64,000 nucleotides of DNA from Phoronis australis (GCA_002633005.1 NMRA01000220.1:272349-336348), one strand, 5' to 3'. Shown: positions 24,301-35,103, counted from the stretch's first letter. Program-made: numbers and translations. The notes: generated from the letters alone by a model not told the origin.

Positions 24301-25630
24301 GCGAAAAGACCACGAGTGGGACATCGGCAAAATACGAGAATCTGGCAGACTAAAGGCCATCAAACGTTACTTTGCAAGACTGAAGAAAATGCACACACCA
24401 GGGCCAGACACAGCGGTTTCTATGTCGTTGAACCCAAAGACAGAATACATTAAACAATTTAAGAATTTGCGAAATGTTTCTCCTCAATCTCACAATCCAG
24501 CTCAAGTGACGTCTGCCTATCCCCTACGGGCACACCAGCCTATGAATTTACGACAACATCGTCAGAACTTCAAATTCTCTAAGCTAATGTCTGACAACGA
24601 GAGGAGTTCTTTCAGCAGAAAGACTTGCATTAACGTAAAGTCAACCAGTTCTTCAAAGAAAACTGGCCATGAACGGCATCAAAAGGACGAGAAAAACGAA
24701 ATGCTCTTTACACCGCCAGAACGTACAAACTTTAATTACCTTACGGGAAATAATGACCATTCTCATGGTCGTGTGGCTCACCAACGGAATTCATTTAAAA
24801 GTGGACAAAGGTCTGGTGATAACAGCGAAAGTCAAGTTCTACGTACGCCGGTGTCACAGACTGTAGAAAGAAAACATCAAGCGAGCAACTGCCAGACTAC
24901 AAACGATACTGAGGACCATCGGTCTGACTTGATGCACAGTCGCAGTAATAAAGTTTCTATTTCTATGCAAAATTATAAATTTATAGACGAAAGTGCAATA
25001 GGTTCGGGATTGGTAGATCCCGAGGAATGCATGCCAACGGCAAAGGAGAAAAAGAATTTTAGTGAGAGTGTCTCCCCACCACGAAAGGTACGCAGACAAT
25101 CCAAGGGTAAAGACAACAGAACTGTTTATGCGAAAGCAAAAAGCGGCTTTGTTGTCCTTCAACGCGAATGCAGCCCAAGTGAATCTCACCATAGTTCTTC
25201 ACCTCTGAAGAAGAAGCAGAGAATTGATTCGAAAAGTCATGAATCAGAACGAAAAAGGGCGTCCATGGCACGAAGTCCGCTCAAGGTTTGCCAACCTTTT
25301 CCACCAAGAAAAGATCCCAACCGCAACATGAGCCACGTTGAAGGAAGTCAGTTCTCGTGTCCTCACGTTGACGACATGGTTGACATCAGTGGCGAGTATA
25401 TCAACTATTCGTCATCTAACGTGCCACCATTTGATGCTTCTGAAACAGACTCAGAAGTGCAGGGTTATTTGGCCGACAGGAACGTTGACGTAAGTGGACC
25501 CGAGGAATTTTTCACTAGAAGAAAACCTGGCTCGCCAAGAATGAGTTTACAAATCGATTCATGTGGTTCAGAACGGATGACCCCCAATTCATTGCATATG
25601 TCATTCAAAGGAAAAACAAGGAAATCTTGA
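18383..25630 (+). CDS. Uncharacterised 2415-aa protein: N-terminal signal-anchor/TM helix, juxtamembrane CCIKC, polybasic patch, long Ser-rich disordered tail
   Basis: 7248-nt stop-free ORF; in-frame TAA just upstream (18368-18370); hydrophobic residues about 5-27 followed by CCIKCQRR; RKHKKKKKRHKK; no recognisable folded domain; no TE insertion seen inside. Possible 5'UTR acceptor ttcttctccag ending at 18210. Confidence 0.85.
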   Translation: MELSALGTYVLLLQSVAVFFLAVLTVCCIKCQRRLSKAVEIKQSTEDGEVITVQELNFEPQKPSMSERDMGNPDHLVPPQPAEIIDSQKESTEDFVELNSAVGDTDEDIHVFAEIRKNSLLSGLEKVKSQTGKFRQFLLPKAARKHKKKKKRHKKTSKDGETDANEIGEGQNIKWKDRKKYKDKHCAPAVEVVKLPCSEGDMILKIEDNDNRNVLYGYTGDSDKILVKDATTSNGSLIDSSMSLDECFNPALGDNSHATSTFSIISDREKIVGKLLEKDVSASAESLTVPICDTVCEDFNPPYTEEEIHNWEMNACDAELLSVFNSSHLEIYPSKMESGSDQKFQNTMDKGKTVEVTETIDAVHQRYDEKTPMFREFPGADGDEEEHRLEEQSSFKVVKSPGNPQNHESQYPKNAKTSPLVEIMDFKSLLEIARSKESAETEERHGISAGNFSTQYPFTPKFTTASVDDQSNADYARKDDLTSVLKQKRGKSSPLLKTYDKVFHSSRQDTPKPIYPYRRNQGGFGELQKNENGTNHLQPIEIGRDKGRLSPVYLDITARAHSVSPIHENSLKDHVGNNKKEHVGKSKDTAYAESPDHEELPKLHNTSSRDTATNGKLQERKVGERWSSQGDNYCYSQSVRDKIMSFAERALLANANHALSGNSQMKIKELGPCDLQSPARTNNAVTESIEKVVSSCNDCSDQETVSSSDLSEGNNSIDKYASKLSNSGSQYSNSKPEVSATLDSVLCKIGHESYIKAMASPEEISSINSFIDDDRFDSIRACPQDDQTDIAVDGDGDKYDEDIIPLEDMNDDYNLPTIREDESACFVERFEYDETWGAEDSENDDVYGDETYFEKGINVNINNPLYCDRLAIQCESSHSDAYASCMKMTDFFVNKVSPKLTKSGIQGAEMSDATSVKVSDRNDNFEITLDYNQHCSNAISSVHLTEFGDQEIRPFTRKVTMSTSRSTESENKENNGYDTPTSDDLVVKELSPHEINEIVVLKSSASKSSISHSIKLGSAKAMVRKHGDGSDIDTDTVISVEITQSMPEDMLDDESSFVRPNSDTPRLGSASMFKGNTESADKGQFHVQQTVESVFCSSNNLVCDRERYVADQSYWPSAELQEGSLTLKKISDSSPGTTSTKITSEVLVSNEQREWLGSVSASLFRQNSFSTGLRQSQHDNHQQQKSPTISLTTSSSHYSDVGSPFWKPVPSTKQELRSYQRPTIGDSPTNDQSKNTPVNAETSAGSMGGKNVHFATKCDERPNRSFNDKPFPSPSPLENDGSEDTGVDSQKSKLFHNAAVIKNHSNRCDIGSCLITPVKATDNVLIERLIGTLSSSQQQIPPSVDYKCVTYHLPRSDNSYKAPSAESRSPTNIYTQFPKFGEETKPRFTGNKHFMTDLSSTQVLSPTERFTSPSKLGSCPSMNFSPENDISESSFIQDSSLAKSSLQSRAFQQKPPSQVNSQSRSVQMYSDRVESPDDVNLRTHSPAGLESSKSKSNPSNNSADDDYRQSGSYITKSATSVPSKTSQDRTATDTVQNMAQQFHTSTKKNYEIISMSERGVARGQSGNYKQIHTNKSEGRGPATPQIELCRHENIKAEKKMCSKKFDSSRSQERYANEIENKPLIFAFPPASINQNPSEERQISIQSKSADDYCYKNDKTNDVKVRKQYFLSERNLGHAYQTGGSAKVCTTRVHQNEPVNKGRGQEQTAKVSSIVFDHCNPINESPLHLMASNDGEQTLGYFERYRNNLPSIRNFLSSMIRSKASTLDQSETDRVSVENVLAHEQIGRRQPEKSKPILTRSGCHPPASNHEKHGENIIQVQFNKSPCDIKTNVNPVHLRDLSDHQFDESAGSDIHCVNPYGGGSITEKGSCCLNETKLQSSSPAFEEIQPVGSENNLSPSVNPSEWCEAETQSKSLMRQAKGSEDSVLYNYPQNERTLRMLQVNRSPPRMPMQVNTSESRIETNKTDQILEDSVRKDHEWDIGKIRESGRLKAIKRYFARLKKMHTPGPDTAVSMSLNPKTEYIKQFKNLRNVSPQSHNPAQVTSAYPLRAHQPMNLRQHRQNFKFSKLMSDNERSSFSRKTCINVKSTSSSKKTGHERHQKDEKNEMLFTPPERTNFNYLTGNNDHSHGRVAHQRNSFKSGQRSGDNSESQVLRTPVSQTVERKHQASNCQTTNDTEDHRSDLMHSRSNKVSISMQNYKFIDESAIGSGLVDPEECMPTAKEKKNFSESVSPPRKVRRQSKGKDNRTVYAKAKSGFVVLQRECSPSESHHSSSPLKKKQRIDSKSHESERKRASMARSPLKVCQPFPPRKDPNRNMSHVEGSQFSCPHVDDMVDISGEYINYSSSNVPPFDASETDSEVQGYLADRNVDVSGPEEFFTRRKPGSPRMSLQIDSCGSERMTPNSLHMSFKGKTRKS

Positions 25631-25676
25631 TAAATAGAATTGTTCGACGGTCCCCAGGTGTCATACAACACGGGTA

Positions 25677-25682
25677 AATAAA
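25677..25682 (+). terminator. Candidate polyadenylation signal for the 2415-aa gene
   Basis: AATAAA 47 nt after the stop codon. Confidence 0.35.
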
Positions 25683-26200
25683 TCTGAGATTTCCACTTTG
25701 TCGACGGAAAGAAGACACTCACAAATGACAATTTTGACATGAGTTGTAATCAAAGTTTTGAATAGGAATTTGGGTAATAACAGCACGTAAACAAGTCGTG
25801 GATACTTTTTTTAAATCCCCTCTAAGAGGATCGGTGCACAGCTACACCTGTAGACGCCAGGCAATTCACAGAGTTAAGCAGAAACTTGAGAAAACTGATG
25901 ATAGTCAATTAATTGATGAGTCTTACCAAACTATAATTAGTGTTGTAACAGAATTGTGATTATGAATAACTTTTGTATTTTGGAATCTAGAAAATTCCAT
26001 CGAGTTTTGCGCTTTACAGTGAAATTTACGCTATACTGAAGGGGTCACCAGCATGGTGTTTCCATAGCCTTTGATCTGGCTAATCACATGTAAGACACGT
26101 CACACATTTGCGAGGAGCGTTGACACCATTTATTTCAGGCCAGTGACGAAACTGGTGTTTTCAAACAAGAAAGGACGTGTTACACGCGCCCCCATTTTGA

Positions 26201-26568
26201 GACATTTTCTTGCGTACTACCCTAGAGGAGGCACCACTCTCCTGAATTATATATTTCAGTTTCCGGTTAGTGTATTGTGACGGGAAGTTCTCGCATCTAC
26301 AGTATATTTTACTGTCCAGTAAAACAAAAAAATTCGCCATTGAAACGCTGTTAGTGGAACTGCTGATATCGTGAGTACTTTTAGCAATGCTATTACCCCC
26401 CGACCACACAGCAGCCGACCATGATTAGCAGACGACGTACTTGCCGGAAATAAACCTCGATAACTTGGCTAGGTGTCGCTAATGAATAATGACGTAACGT
26501 CTTGTGGGTAAGAGCACCGATTTCTCCATTGAAAATATGCGGAGTTCGCGGTCCATGTACTATAGTCT
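26201..26568 (-). mobile_element. Internal-deletion derivative of the 37190-40143 element
   Basis: The reverse complement begins agactatagtacatggaccgc and follows 37190-37355, then jumps to sequence matching 39925-40120 (agcattgc(t/c)aaaagtactcac...aatacactaaccggaaactg). Confidence 0.8.
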
Positions 26569-27237
26569 ATGGTTCTGTAAAACGATTACCTTTACCCGGG
26601 TACTTTTTCTGGGAAGAACTTGTAAAATAGAACGAAACAGTGGTGTTGCTTTTGTCTTTACTCACGCAAGAATAATTTGTTTATAGGTAGCACATGGAAA
26701 TTTGAATCTGGACCTTCTGTAATTATAAAAAACAGGTTATTCCCCAGAATCCGAGGCCTGTGCCCGGTCCCGAACCGGACGCGCCGCCATTTTGAATGTA
26801 ATTAAGACGTCTTACATGACATGTTTTGCTAAGACGCAATCCCCATAGTGTTTGAGTATTTACGCGAAAACAAAGAGATTCGCGTCGCTTTAAACGCGAA
26901 ACATGTGGCCCCTGTTTAATTCCTATTTGGTAAGACATGGAGATGGTTTTTATTTTGATAGTGTTCTCAATCTTTCCTCTTTGCTTCTGTACAAAATGAA
27001 AGCAATTTTTTGTCTATAAATGTTCTAGAAGTTTAGTTTCAAGAAACACTTTTTACAAAATCCTTATTTTGTCGGGGTTCACTGGATATCATCGAACTAG
27101 AATGGATTTTTAACAGATAAAATTTTGTGTTGTTAAATTTGTTTACACACTTAGTTTACATGTATCTATTTATTTTAAACTGCAAATGAATTTCACATTC
27201 TAACAATTGATCATTTCTGAGAGGATTTCATAGAAAC

Positions 27238-29103
27238 CAGGAGCGGATCCAGGATTTTATGTTAGGGGGAGAGGCAGAGTATTAGCCAGGAGTTTACCCG
27301 TCAGATATTCGCACCCCCGAACTGCGAAATGGAAACTGGGAAAATTTTGGAGGAGCCATGGGCCCCATGGTAGGGTGAGCAAACCAAGAGCGAAATTTTG
27401 CCATTTTTCATGATTTTCACAACCTCATATCTATTAGCATACTAAGTGGTGGAAAATGAAAAGTATGCCAGTGAAATATCTAATTTTTCTTCTTTCTACT
27501 GATATCCATTACAAAAACTGGGCATTAATGAGTATTTTTAAAAATTGAAGTAAAGCGAGCACTTTACAATTTTTCACTCACTGGTAAATTCTTGTGACTT
27601 TCAGTAGGGATCAAACTTTCAGTTGTTAAATGGACGTTACTGAACCGATTTTAATGATATTTATATCAAACTGTTTGCTACAAACTTCTGCTTTCAACCC
27701 TGAGTGCACACTTTTTATTTTTTTTTTGACAAAAATACGAGAAAATTTACTTTTTTTAATTTACTGCCTCGCCACTCTCTCACCTGGAAAAATCCTGAAA
27801 GTGTACACTCAATGTCATAATCACCAACCATGTCCTAATCAGTTTTTTTTTTCAATTTATCTCACCAATTCCATTTAGGAACACTTCTAAAAAGGTAACT
27901 TCAGTCATTTTTCAAGAACCATGTTGACCTTTCCAGGGTTCAAACTAAACTCGAAGCTGATTGGTCAAATGTATTCAACAGAACCAGTCAAAACTTCTCT
28001 AAATTACAAAAAGTGACCCAAACCTGGTGACATATTTTCATTAAATAATATAGAATACTTTTAAAATTTAATTTACTTCAATTTTGGGGATAGAGTCACT
28101 TTTTCCTATTTTCTTCAAAAATATTTTTGTTACCCTTTTTCTACCTCGTGGTGGCGCTGCGATCAGTTTCATTTTTAGAAAATTACATATTTCACCAAAA
28201 TAAATGTTCAGTCAACGCTGCAGTGTATCAAAACATTTTAGAATACAAATATGCTCTTTTTGGATATTCACCAACACAACTTCTCTCAGTTTCTATATTG
28301 TTTGATAGGAATGAGATTGATTTAAAACTCGTTGAAATTTTAGGGTCCAATTTAATTTTGTTTAATTAAAAATGCATATTATCATTTTTTGTCATTTGGT
28401 ATGCAAGTTAAGATTGTGAAAATATTGATCTTACTTGGGAAAAAAGTTTAATTTATATAACCTCACTGGTTTTTAAATAAATAACGAAATACTCTGACTA
28501 GTTTTCTGGTTTTTGCTCATTTTGAATGCATTTGTTATGCAAATTTCATTTTTTAAGATTATTTCAAAATCTTTTGGAGCAAAAGAAACATGTTCACTAA
28601 ACCATAGTAATTCTTGAAGTGTTTTGTCATTTTCATGGTAATAACTTGTTCTCTTTTTAAAACATCACTTGTTCAACTTAGCTTCAGGCGCAAAAATGTC
28701 CTGTCACAAGTCGATGGTGAATTTTTCAATTTTTGTTGTTCTTGTTGGTGCAAAATATAATAATTTGTGGTTTGGTGTCTATGCCATGTTGTTAAGCTAC
28801 TTGCAAAGGACTCTCCATCTTGTTTTAAGGACACTCTGACCTATGGATTCCCAAATATTGTTGTCTAAACTTGCCATTTTCTGTGTCCTGAAAATTCATG
28901 GTGCTCTTTGCTGAAAAAAGGCCATTTTTGAGGCTCTAAAATTCGAATAACTCGAGAACCGACAAACCGATTTGAAAAATTCAAAAACATTGTATAAACT
29001 GCATGTCTAAAGCTATCATTTAACACTCTTTTCAAGTGTTTCTGATGATATTTGTATTTGGGTTTGCTCACCCTACCCTTGGTCCCTCTTAAATCCGTCA
29101 CTG
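27238..29103 (+). mobile_element. CAG-terminal MITE (5-bp TSD GAAAC) split by a nested 1.7-kb element
   Basis: gaaac-caggagcggatccagg ... taaatccgtcactg-gaaac; the halves 27238-27370 and 29076-29103 reconstitute the 35104-35260 family. Confidence 0.8.
27371..29075. mobile_element. Non-autonomous hAT-like element with TAGGG ends and an apparent 7-bp TSD
   Basis: Perfect TIR tagggtgagcaaacc / ggtttgctcacccta; flanks cccatgg (27364-27370) and cccttgg (29076-29082); AT-rich non-coding interior. Confidence 0.8.
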
Positions 29104-29599
29104 GAAACGATTTTTTTCACGTAAAAGAAGTTTCATTGGCAGAGAGACCTTTAACTAGGTCACATGTATTAGGCCTACAATAACTGGAAACCCTGAACAA
29201 AGACGTTAACAAGACTATTCACTTTGGCCGCCGCCATTATTGTTTCATAGACCTTGGCGACATCTAACGGATGTATGTGCACCGACGAAGTACGCGAGGC
29301 GTCGGCTACCATGGACATGGCCGATTTTAGTTTGTCAAATTCAAAATTGTGAAGTGTCTTTGTTTAAAACATTCGAGGACATAATATAAGAACAGTGTAA
29401 TGGAAAAATACGCATAGACAAAATATAGAATAAACCAAGAAAAATATTGGCCAGCAAAAGTAATATAAATTACGAGAAATACATAATAAGCGAGAGGATG
29501 ACTCAGTAATCAAAGGTGAGTAGATGACGTTTTCTAATAATATAGCTAAAAAGTGAGTCTCTTATTCTGCATCCGCCATATTTTCCTTGTTTTTTCAAT

Positions 29600-30245
29600 T
29601 ATTTTTCAAAGCGACTTGACAGATTCTGATGAAACTTCATAGTACAGTATTTAAATTTATGGCTGGGATACACCAGCAACCTTTCATTTTTGGACGAATT
29701 TAAGTGATATGTCGTCCCGTTTTAAACAAAATCATCGCTTTTTGTGCAATTTGACTTCATTTCGAAGTGCATATTTATTTCTATGATGGTATGGACTCCT
29801 GTGCATAGTAAATATTAATTGCATGGCTTAGCATGCTGTCATTGGAAGTGTTGAAGGAAGTGTTCTTTTAAAGGCATATTGAGCCCCACATCGGTGAGTA
29901 CTTCAGTAGTATGTGTGTTACCTTGGAAACCCCGTTACTCTCAGTGACGATGTCGTTTGTTTAGAGTTTTGTTTTGACACGGGCATTAAAGTCCTTATCT
30001 TAAAATGCCAATGTGGCCCCAGTATCCGAAAATACTTAATAAATAAAGTCTTATTTTCGATACCCTTTCGTTATATTATTTTCGCCTGTCGTTCCACAAG
30101 CGTTTTTACCTGTATTTGACCTTCTACCGGCTGTCATCGGTTATTTCCGTAACCACATTTCCGGCTCATCAGTTCAAGAACTTGTCCTGAACGCCACCAT
30201 TTTTTCCTTGTAACTGAAAGTGCTATCGGTAGCTCGAAAAGTCTT
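29600..30245. mobile_element. Kolobok-type fragment with the same TIR-TTAA-TIR junction as 2690-3644 (inverted)
   Basis: ggaagtgttctt-TTAA-aggcatattgagccccacatcgg (TTAA 29868-29871); gcgacttgacagattctgatgaaacttca matches 3610-3640 inverted; 29917-29990 matches 3046-3120 inverted. Confidence 0.55.
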
Positions 30246-32627
30246 AATTATTTTGTTTTATTGGGAATATCTCGTGATTCGTTTTTTTTTTGTGTATTTA
30301 CAGTTCGTAATTAGCGGTCGTTAATTTTTTTTTGAAATATTACGCGTACTTTTGTTTATTATGTTGAAATAGCATAGGTGTTTAGTTCCTGTTACACTGT
30401 ATGTAGGGCGGTCGAACATATTTTTTTCGTTTTGAATTTCTTATTCCTTTTTAAAAAGTACTTTACTATCATCGGAAAGATAATGCATCCTACCCAGTAA
30501 AAATCGAAAATTATCAAAATCGGGGCCAGCAGTGCAAAGTTATTGCAGTTTTTGTGGCGAAATTTGGGTCACTTTGTTTGGATGGGGTTGGCCATCTTTG
30601 ACGACAGCGGAATATGTTACGAGTTTAAAACTTTGTGTAAATTGATTTAGCCAACAATTTACGGTAAAATTTAGTGAGACATATCTTTACTTACAGTACT
30701 ATTCTGCACGATTCAACAGTATTCACCAGCCTCGCAGTTGTTTCTTATTAAGTGATAAATGTGCTCACTGGAGACACCGACAATATGGCGGCTTTTGCCG
30801 AACTGAAAGGCATGTTCAACCGGTTACTTTGTAATTTATGAAGATTTAACGTTGATACATTTTGACAAACGTTGCTAGAAAAAAGGAACTTTGCTCAATT
30901 TTCGTGTTTTTGTGCAAAATATAAGGTATATTCGAATTATTTTACTGTGAATTTCTCATTCAGGTGATCTTACACTAAGCTAAAAATTAGTTGAAATAAT
31001 TTTGAAATGGTTTTTTGTTTGACTGTCAACTGCTGTTCAAGGCTTGATTAGGTGCCAAGAATGATTCATATTTTTCTAAATTTTAAGTCTAAATTGCTTT
31101 GAAGTTATGTTTTGTAACTTGTTGCTTTCTTAATTCAGGTTATCAAGTCAACAATATGAAGAATCTTAATTAGAGAAATAGTCTATGTTGGATTGTGAAG
31201 CTTCAAGCCTCCAATTCTTGTTCCTTGCAACTTCATATTTTTTAAATCATGCTTGTCAAGTTCTGGTGTAAGGAAACACTATTCGGTCACCATGGTAATA
31301 GGAACTGAAACCAATTATAGAGTTCCGGCTGAAAGCACTTGATTTTGATTTGAACTGTGTAATACCTAAATGATTAAATCATAATTGTCCTCGGATTTTT
31401 TTTCTTTCATTTCAATGATTGAGTGACGAAAGCATGATATAATTAGCTTGCCGTAAATGATATGTTCACTAGCATCTTCAGGAAACATTTCTTGATGCCT
31501 TGGGTTTACTATTATTTCAATAGATTAATTCATAATTGTAAAAAACATCATACAGTTCAAAACCAAGTTTACTGGTAAATTTTCATGTGATGGATTTTTG
31601 CAATTCTGCCATTGAGATTGCCACCTCTACTCAATTTACAATTATCGATGTGGTTCAGTTGTAAGGTCACTTCCATCGTACTCACTGTTTAATAAATAAA
31701 AAATGATAACATTTTGTATTGGACTCGTCATACTTATTTGCTCGAACGATCCCACTATTTGGAGAAATAGGAAAAGGTCTGCCTCAGTCAGAGAAGCACC
31801 GGGTCCGATCGGCTGAGGGGCCCGAGTCCGGCAAATAATTTCTCTCAAAATTTATTCGCTTCATTTCGTCAGCAATTTCGATAAAATTGTCCGTATTTTG
31901 ATTTTATTAACGTTAAGGCGCGCTGTCGATTATATTATGCCCGTTGTAGGCTGGTAACAGACACTGCTTCAGTCGCACAGACAGCGTATACTAAGCCTGG
32001 ATTCCTGAATGAATTGTACTTCCGGGTTCGCGGTAAGTTCAAAATGGCGGTATATTCTTCGGGTCCGAATCGTGAGTTGCGCGTTTATTTAAACTTTATT
32101 TTATTACGGATTGTGTATTAGTTATGGGGTAGGCACTTCTTGGATCCTTGTAACATCCTCTAACCATGTAATAAGGGTTAACAGCGTGTGCTTCTTGGAC
32201 TTTAAAACATCTTACTTTGAACTTGGCCATTTTTACTTGCCGACCTAGGTTGAATATGGCTTTAGCTAACTGCTGATGGTTGATTTTAAAAAATCCGAAT
32301 GGTTTACGAGAGCTTGTTTCATGAAACAGTAACAAATAGCGTCTCCAATATGTTCCCTAAATCCACTGCGTATTTTTGAGCTTTCTACATTGAATTCCAT
32401 TATGATTGAAAAGAAGTAGGAATCTTCTCATGCAACGCCCCTAATACAAGTACTGAGTACCTAAATATTTTGGCTGGATTAAGGGCTCAGTTTTTAGTTA
32501 TATTGTTAGAAAATGTCACCACAAGTCAATAGAGGAGCTCGTAATGAAGATAAAATGATAGGAAAATATTACAACTATGAGTACAGAACGAAGCGGATAT
32601 GCAAAAGATTCAGGCAAGTCAGTTGAC

Positions 32628-32785
32628 CACAGGCGGATCCAGGGGGTCAAAGGTGTCCGGACCCCCATTTTCCCTTGATTTTAGTTATATCAAATCTGGA
32701 ATTTTCAAATTGTTGACTTGGAACATCCTTCCTAAAAATCTTCGATCTGACCCCACCCCCTTTAAAAAGCCTGGATATGCCCTTG
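32628..32785. mobile_element. hAT-like MITE, probable 5-bp TSD
   Basis: cacaggcggatccagg ... cctggatatgcccttg; flanks ttgac / ttgag. Confidence 0.55.
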
Positions 32786-35103
32786 TTGAGTCGCTATTTA
32801 GGAGTTTTTCATGCAACTAGACACAGACATCCCTGCTTGAATGTAGAATGTCGTAAGATGTGAATTTTTGAAACAAACATCTAAACCCGTGTAAAGACGG
32901 CGTAAGAGGGCAGTTTTTGGACGTTGACGTAGGAAACATTTGATGGTAGGGGGAGGAGAGTCTGTTAATTTTTCAATTTTATTTCAAAACAAATTTTGTG
33001 TGTTAAAAGTTTTGGTAATTCATTAAGATATTAACACCTGGAATAGTTGAGCGCAGAAGGCTATCTCCGCCCCCAACTTTTTTGTTGAGGGGCGCCCCAC
33101 CCCCCGTTTTTTGCTCCTACCTCTCCTTCAGCAGATCAGTCTTATGTTTATTACTTCCCTGACCCCCTTGGACAAAGTCCTACAGGTTCTGTACCTGCCC
33201 ACCCTCCAATCATCTACTTCCCCAGAACACCTCTCATTACTGAGTTACCCTTTTCCTTATGATGTATTTCTTGTAATTTATATTACCTTTGCAGCCCAAA
33301 TTTTGTCTTGGTGTACTCTATATTTTGCCTATGTGTATTTTCCACAAGACTGCTCATATTTTTGTTCTCAATATTTTAAACAAAGACACTCCACAATTTT
33401 GAGTTTGACAAACTAAAATCGCCTCGCCGCCTACTTTGTCGGCGCACACGGTCCATCACACAATAATGGCTGCGGTGAATAGTCTTGTTAACGTCTTTGT
33501 CCCTAATCACTGTTGAGACAGAGAGTGGCAGTCTATCCGTATGAGGATCATTTCCGGTAGAGGAGTACTCGTCGACAGTTGGCAGTAAATGTTATGTCGT
33601 TGCTTATTCCGTCTCTCCAAACTATACACATTTTATCCACAAAATTGGCATTACGGAAATAGGCTCCATTAAAAAGAGTTGTTGTGAGTCTAGTTTCAGC
33701 AATTTCTTTGTTCATTTTCAACCGTCTACATTTGTCTTTTTACATGTATATAGGCTCTAATTGTTAGGACTGTTGAGTTTGGGCGACATTTAGTCGCGTT
33801 TCTTTGTCGTTCTTCCTGTTTGATCTGATCTATGAAAAATAGACAAACACCGAATACGCTATAAACACGTTTTTTGTAATTTCAAATCAAGCCTGGTATC
33901 ATGTTTTAACCTAAAAGAAAAAAGTTACGCTTTGTATTGAGTATAATTTTTTCATAACCATACGTGCAGCGACTATGATGTCATGCTTCAAGAGATTCAG
34001 GGCTCAATACGGGTTGCCCGATTGCCCGTGTATATTTACATTTTACGTCAGGCAAGTGGAATTTGAAAAATACCTGCCCGGTGGGCAAGTTAAAAAGCAA
34101 GCCGCATAGGCAAGTACATGTAGATCCTCAAATTAACTGCTCAGCAGTTGCTCCAAAGTAACAAACCCCCACACAAACCTAAATACCGTCGAAAAAGCCC
34201 CGGTGGCGGTCAAACGAACTCCTGTCAGGAAAATTGAATGAGTACATGCACGGTGCTCCTAACTTGTTCGATTCTATAGCCCAACATCAAGTTGGGAAGA
34301 ACACCCATGTAGCCAATATCTTACACGACTGATGAACTCCATTCTGGCAGTTTTGGTTGGAGGGTCAGCTCTCTTTTGTTCGACAATTGCTCTAATCTGC
34401 AGTAGATCATATCTACACTGACGGCCGGGCTGTGCTGCTAAAATAAAAGTTAAGTTATAACATATTTGAACAAAAACCAAGAGCATTTCTGAAATCCTCG
34501 TCAAATGATGATCATGTTTACCTTTTGAATTGCCAAACTTGCCCATAAACTACAACCGAAATTGCTACAATGTTTTTTCTGAATGTACCAATTCGCTCTG
34601 GGTTTGATTGTGTTCACACGTGCTCTATAATAAGCCTGGTAGATAACTGGCCAGGCTGTTGTCATACCAGACAAAAGACTGTGCTTGGCAGTTAACAAAG
34701 AAGCTAGATGTTATCACACACTCACAACCCTGTACGTCTAGTAAAGTCACTGAACGGAAAAACGCCGCCATGTGCACTGATGACGCCCGCGGTCAAATTC
34801 TTTCGATTCTCTCAACGAGCCCTACTATGCATCCAATCAGTTTCAGAATAAGCGCAGTAAATGAATGACCACATATTTTCTACACTAGTTTTAAATGCCG
34901 GGTGGCTATTCAGGGGAATTCTAAAGGAAGCCCTTATGAAATCCTGGCTCCCGGGGGCTACTCCAAAAGAAGAGAAATACGGGCTTGTGGCTTGGAAGGG
35001 TGACTTTTTTCACGTTCTACTTATCAAAAATGTTACTATTTATTGAAAATAAAAGTATTGACATTATTATGACTGTGTTTTCCTTTGAATTTAAAGGAGA
35101 ATG

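Noticed and set aside
18709-25271. Antisense and alternate-frame ORFs inside the 2415-aa ORF
   Set aside because: Shadow ORFs with no recognisable motifs.
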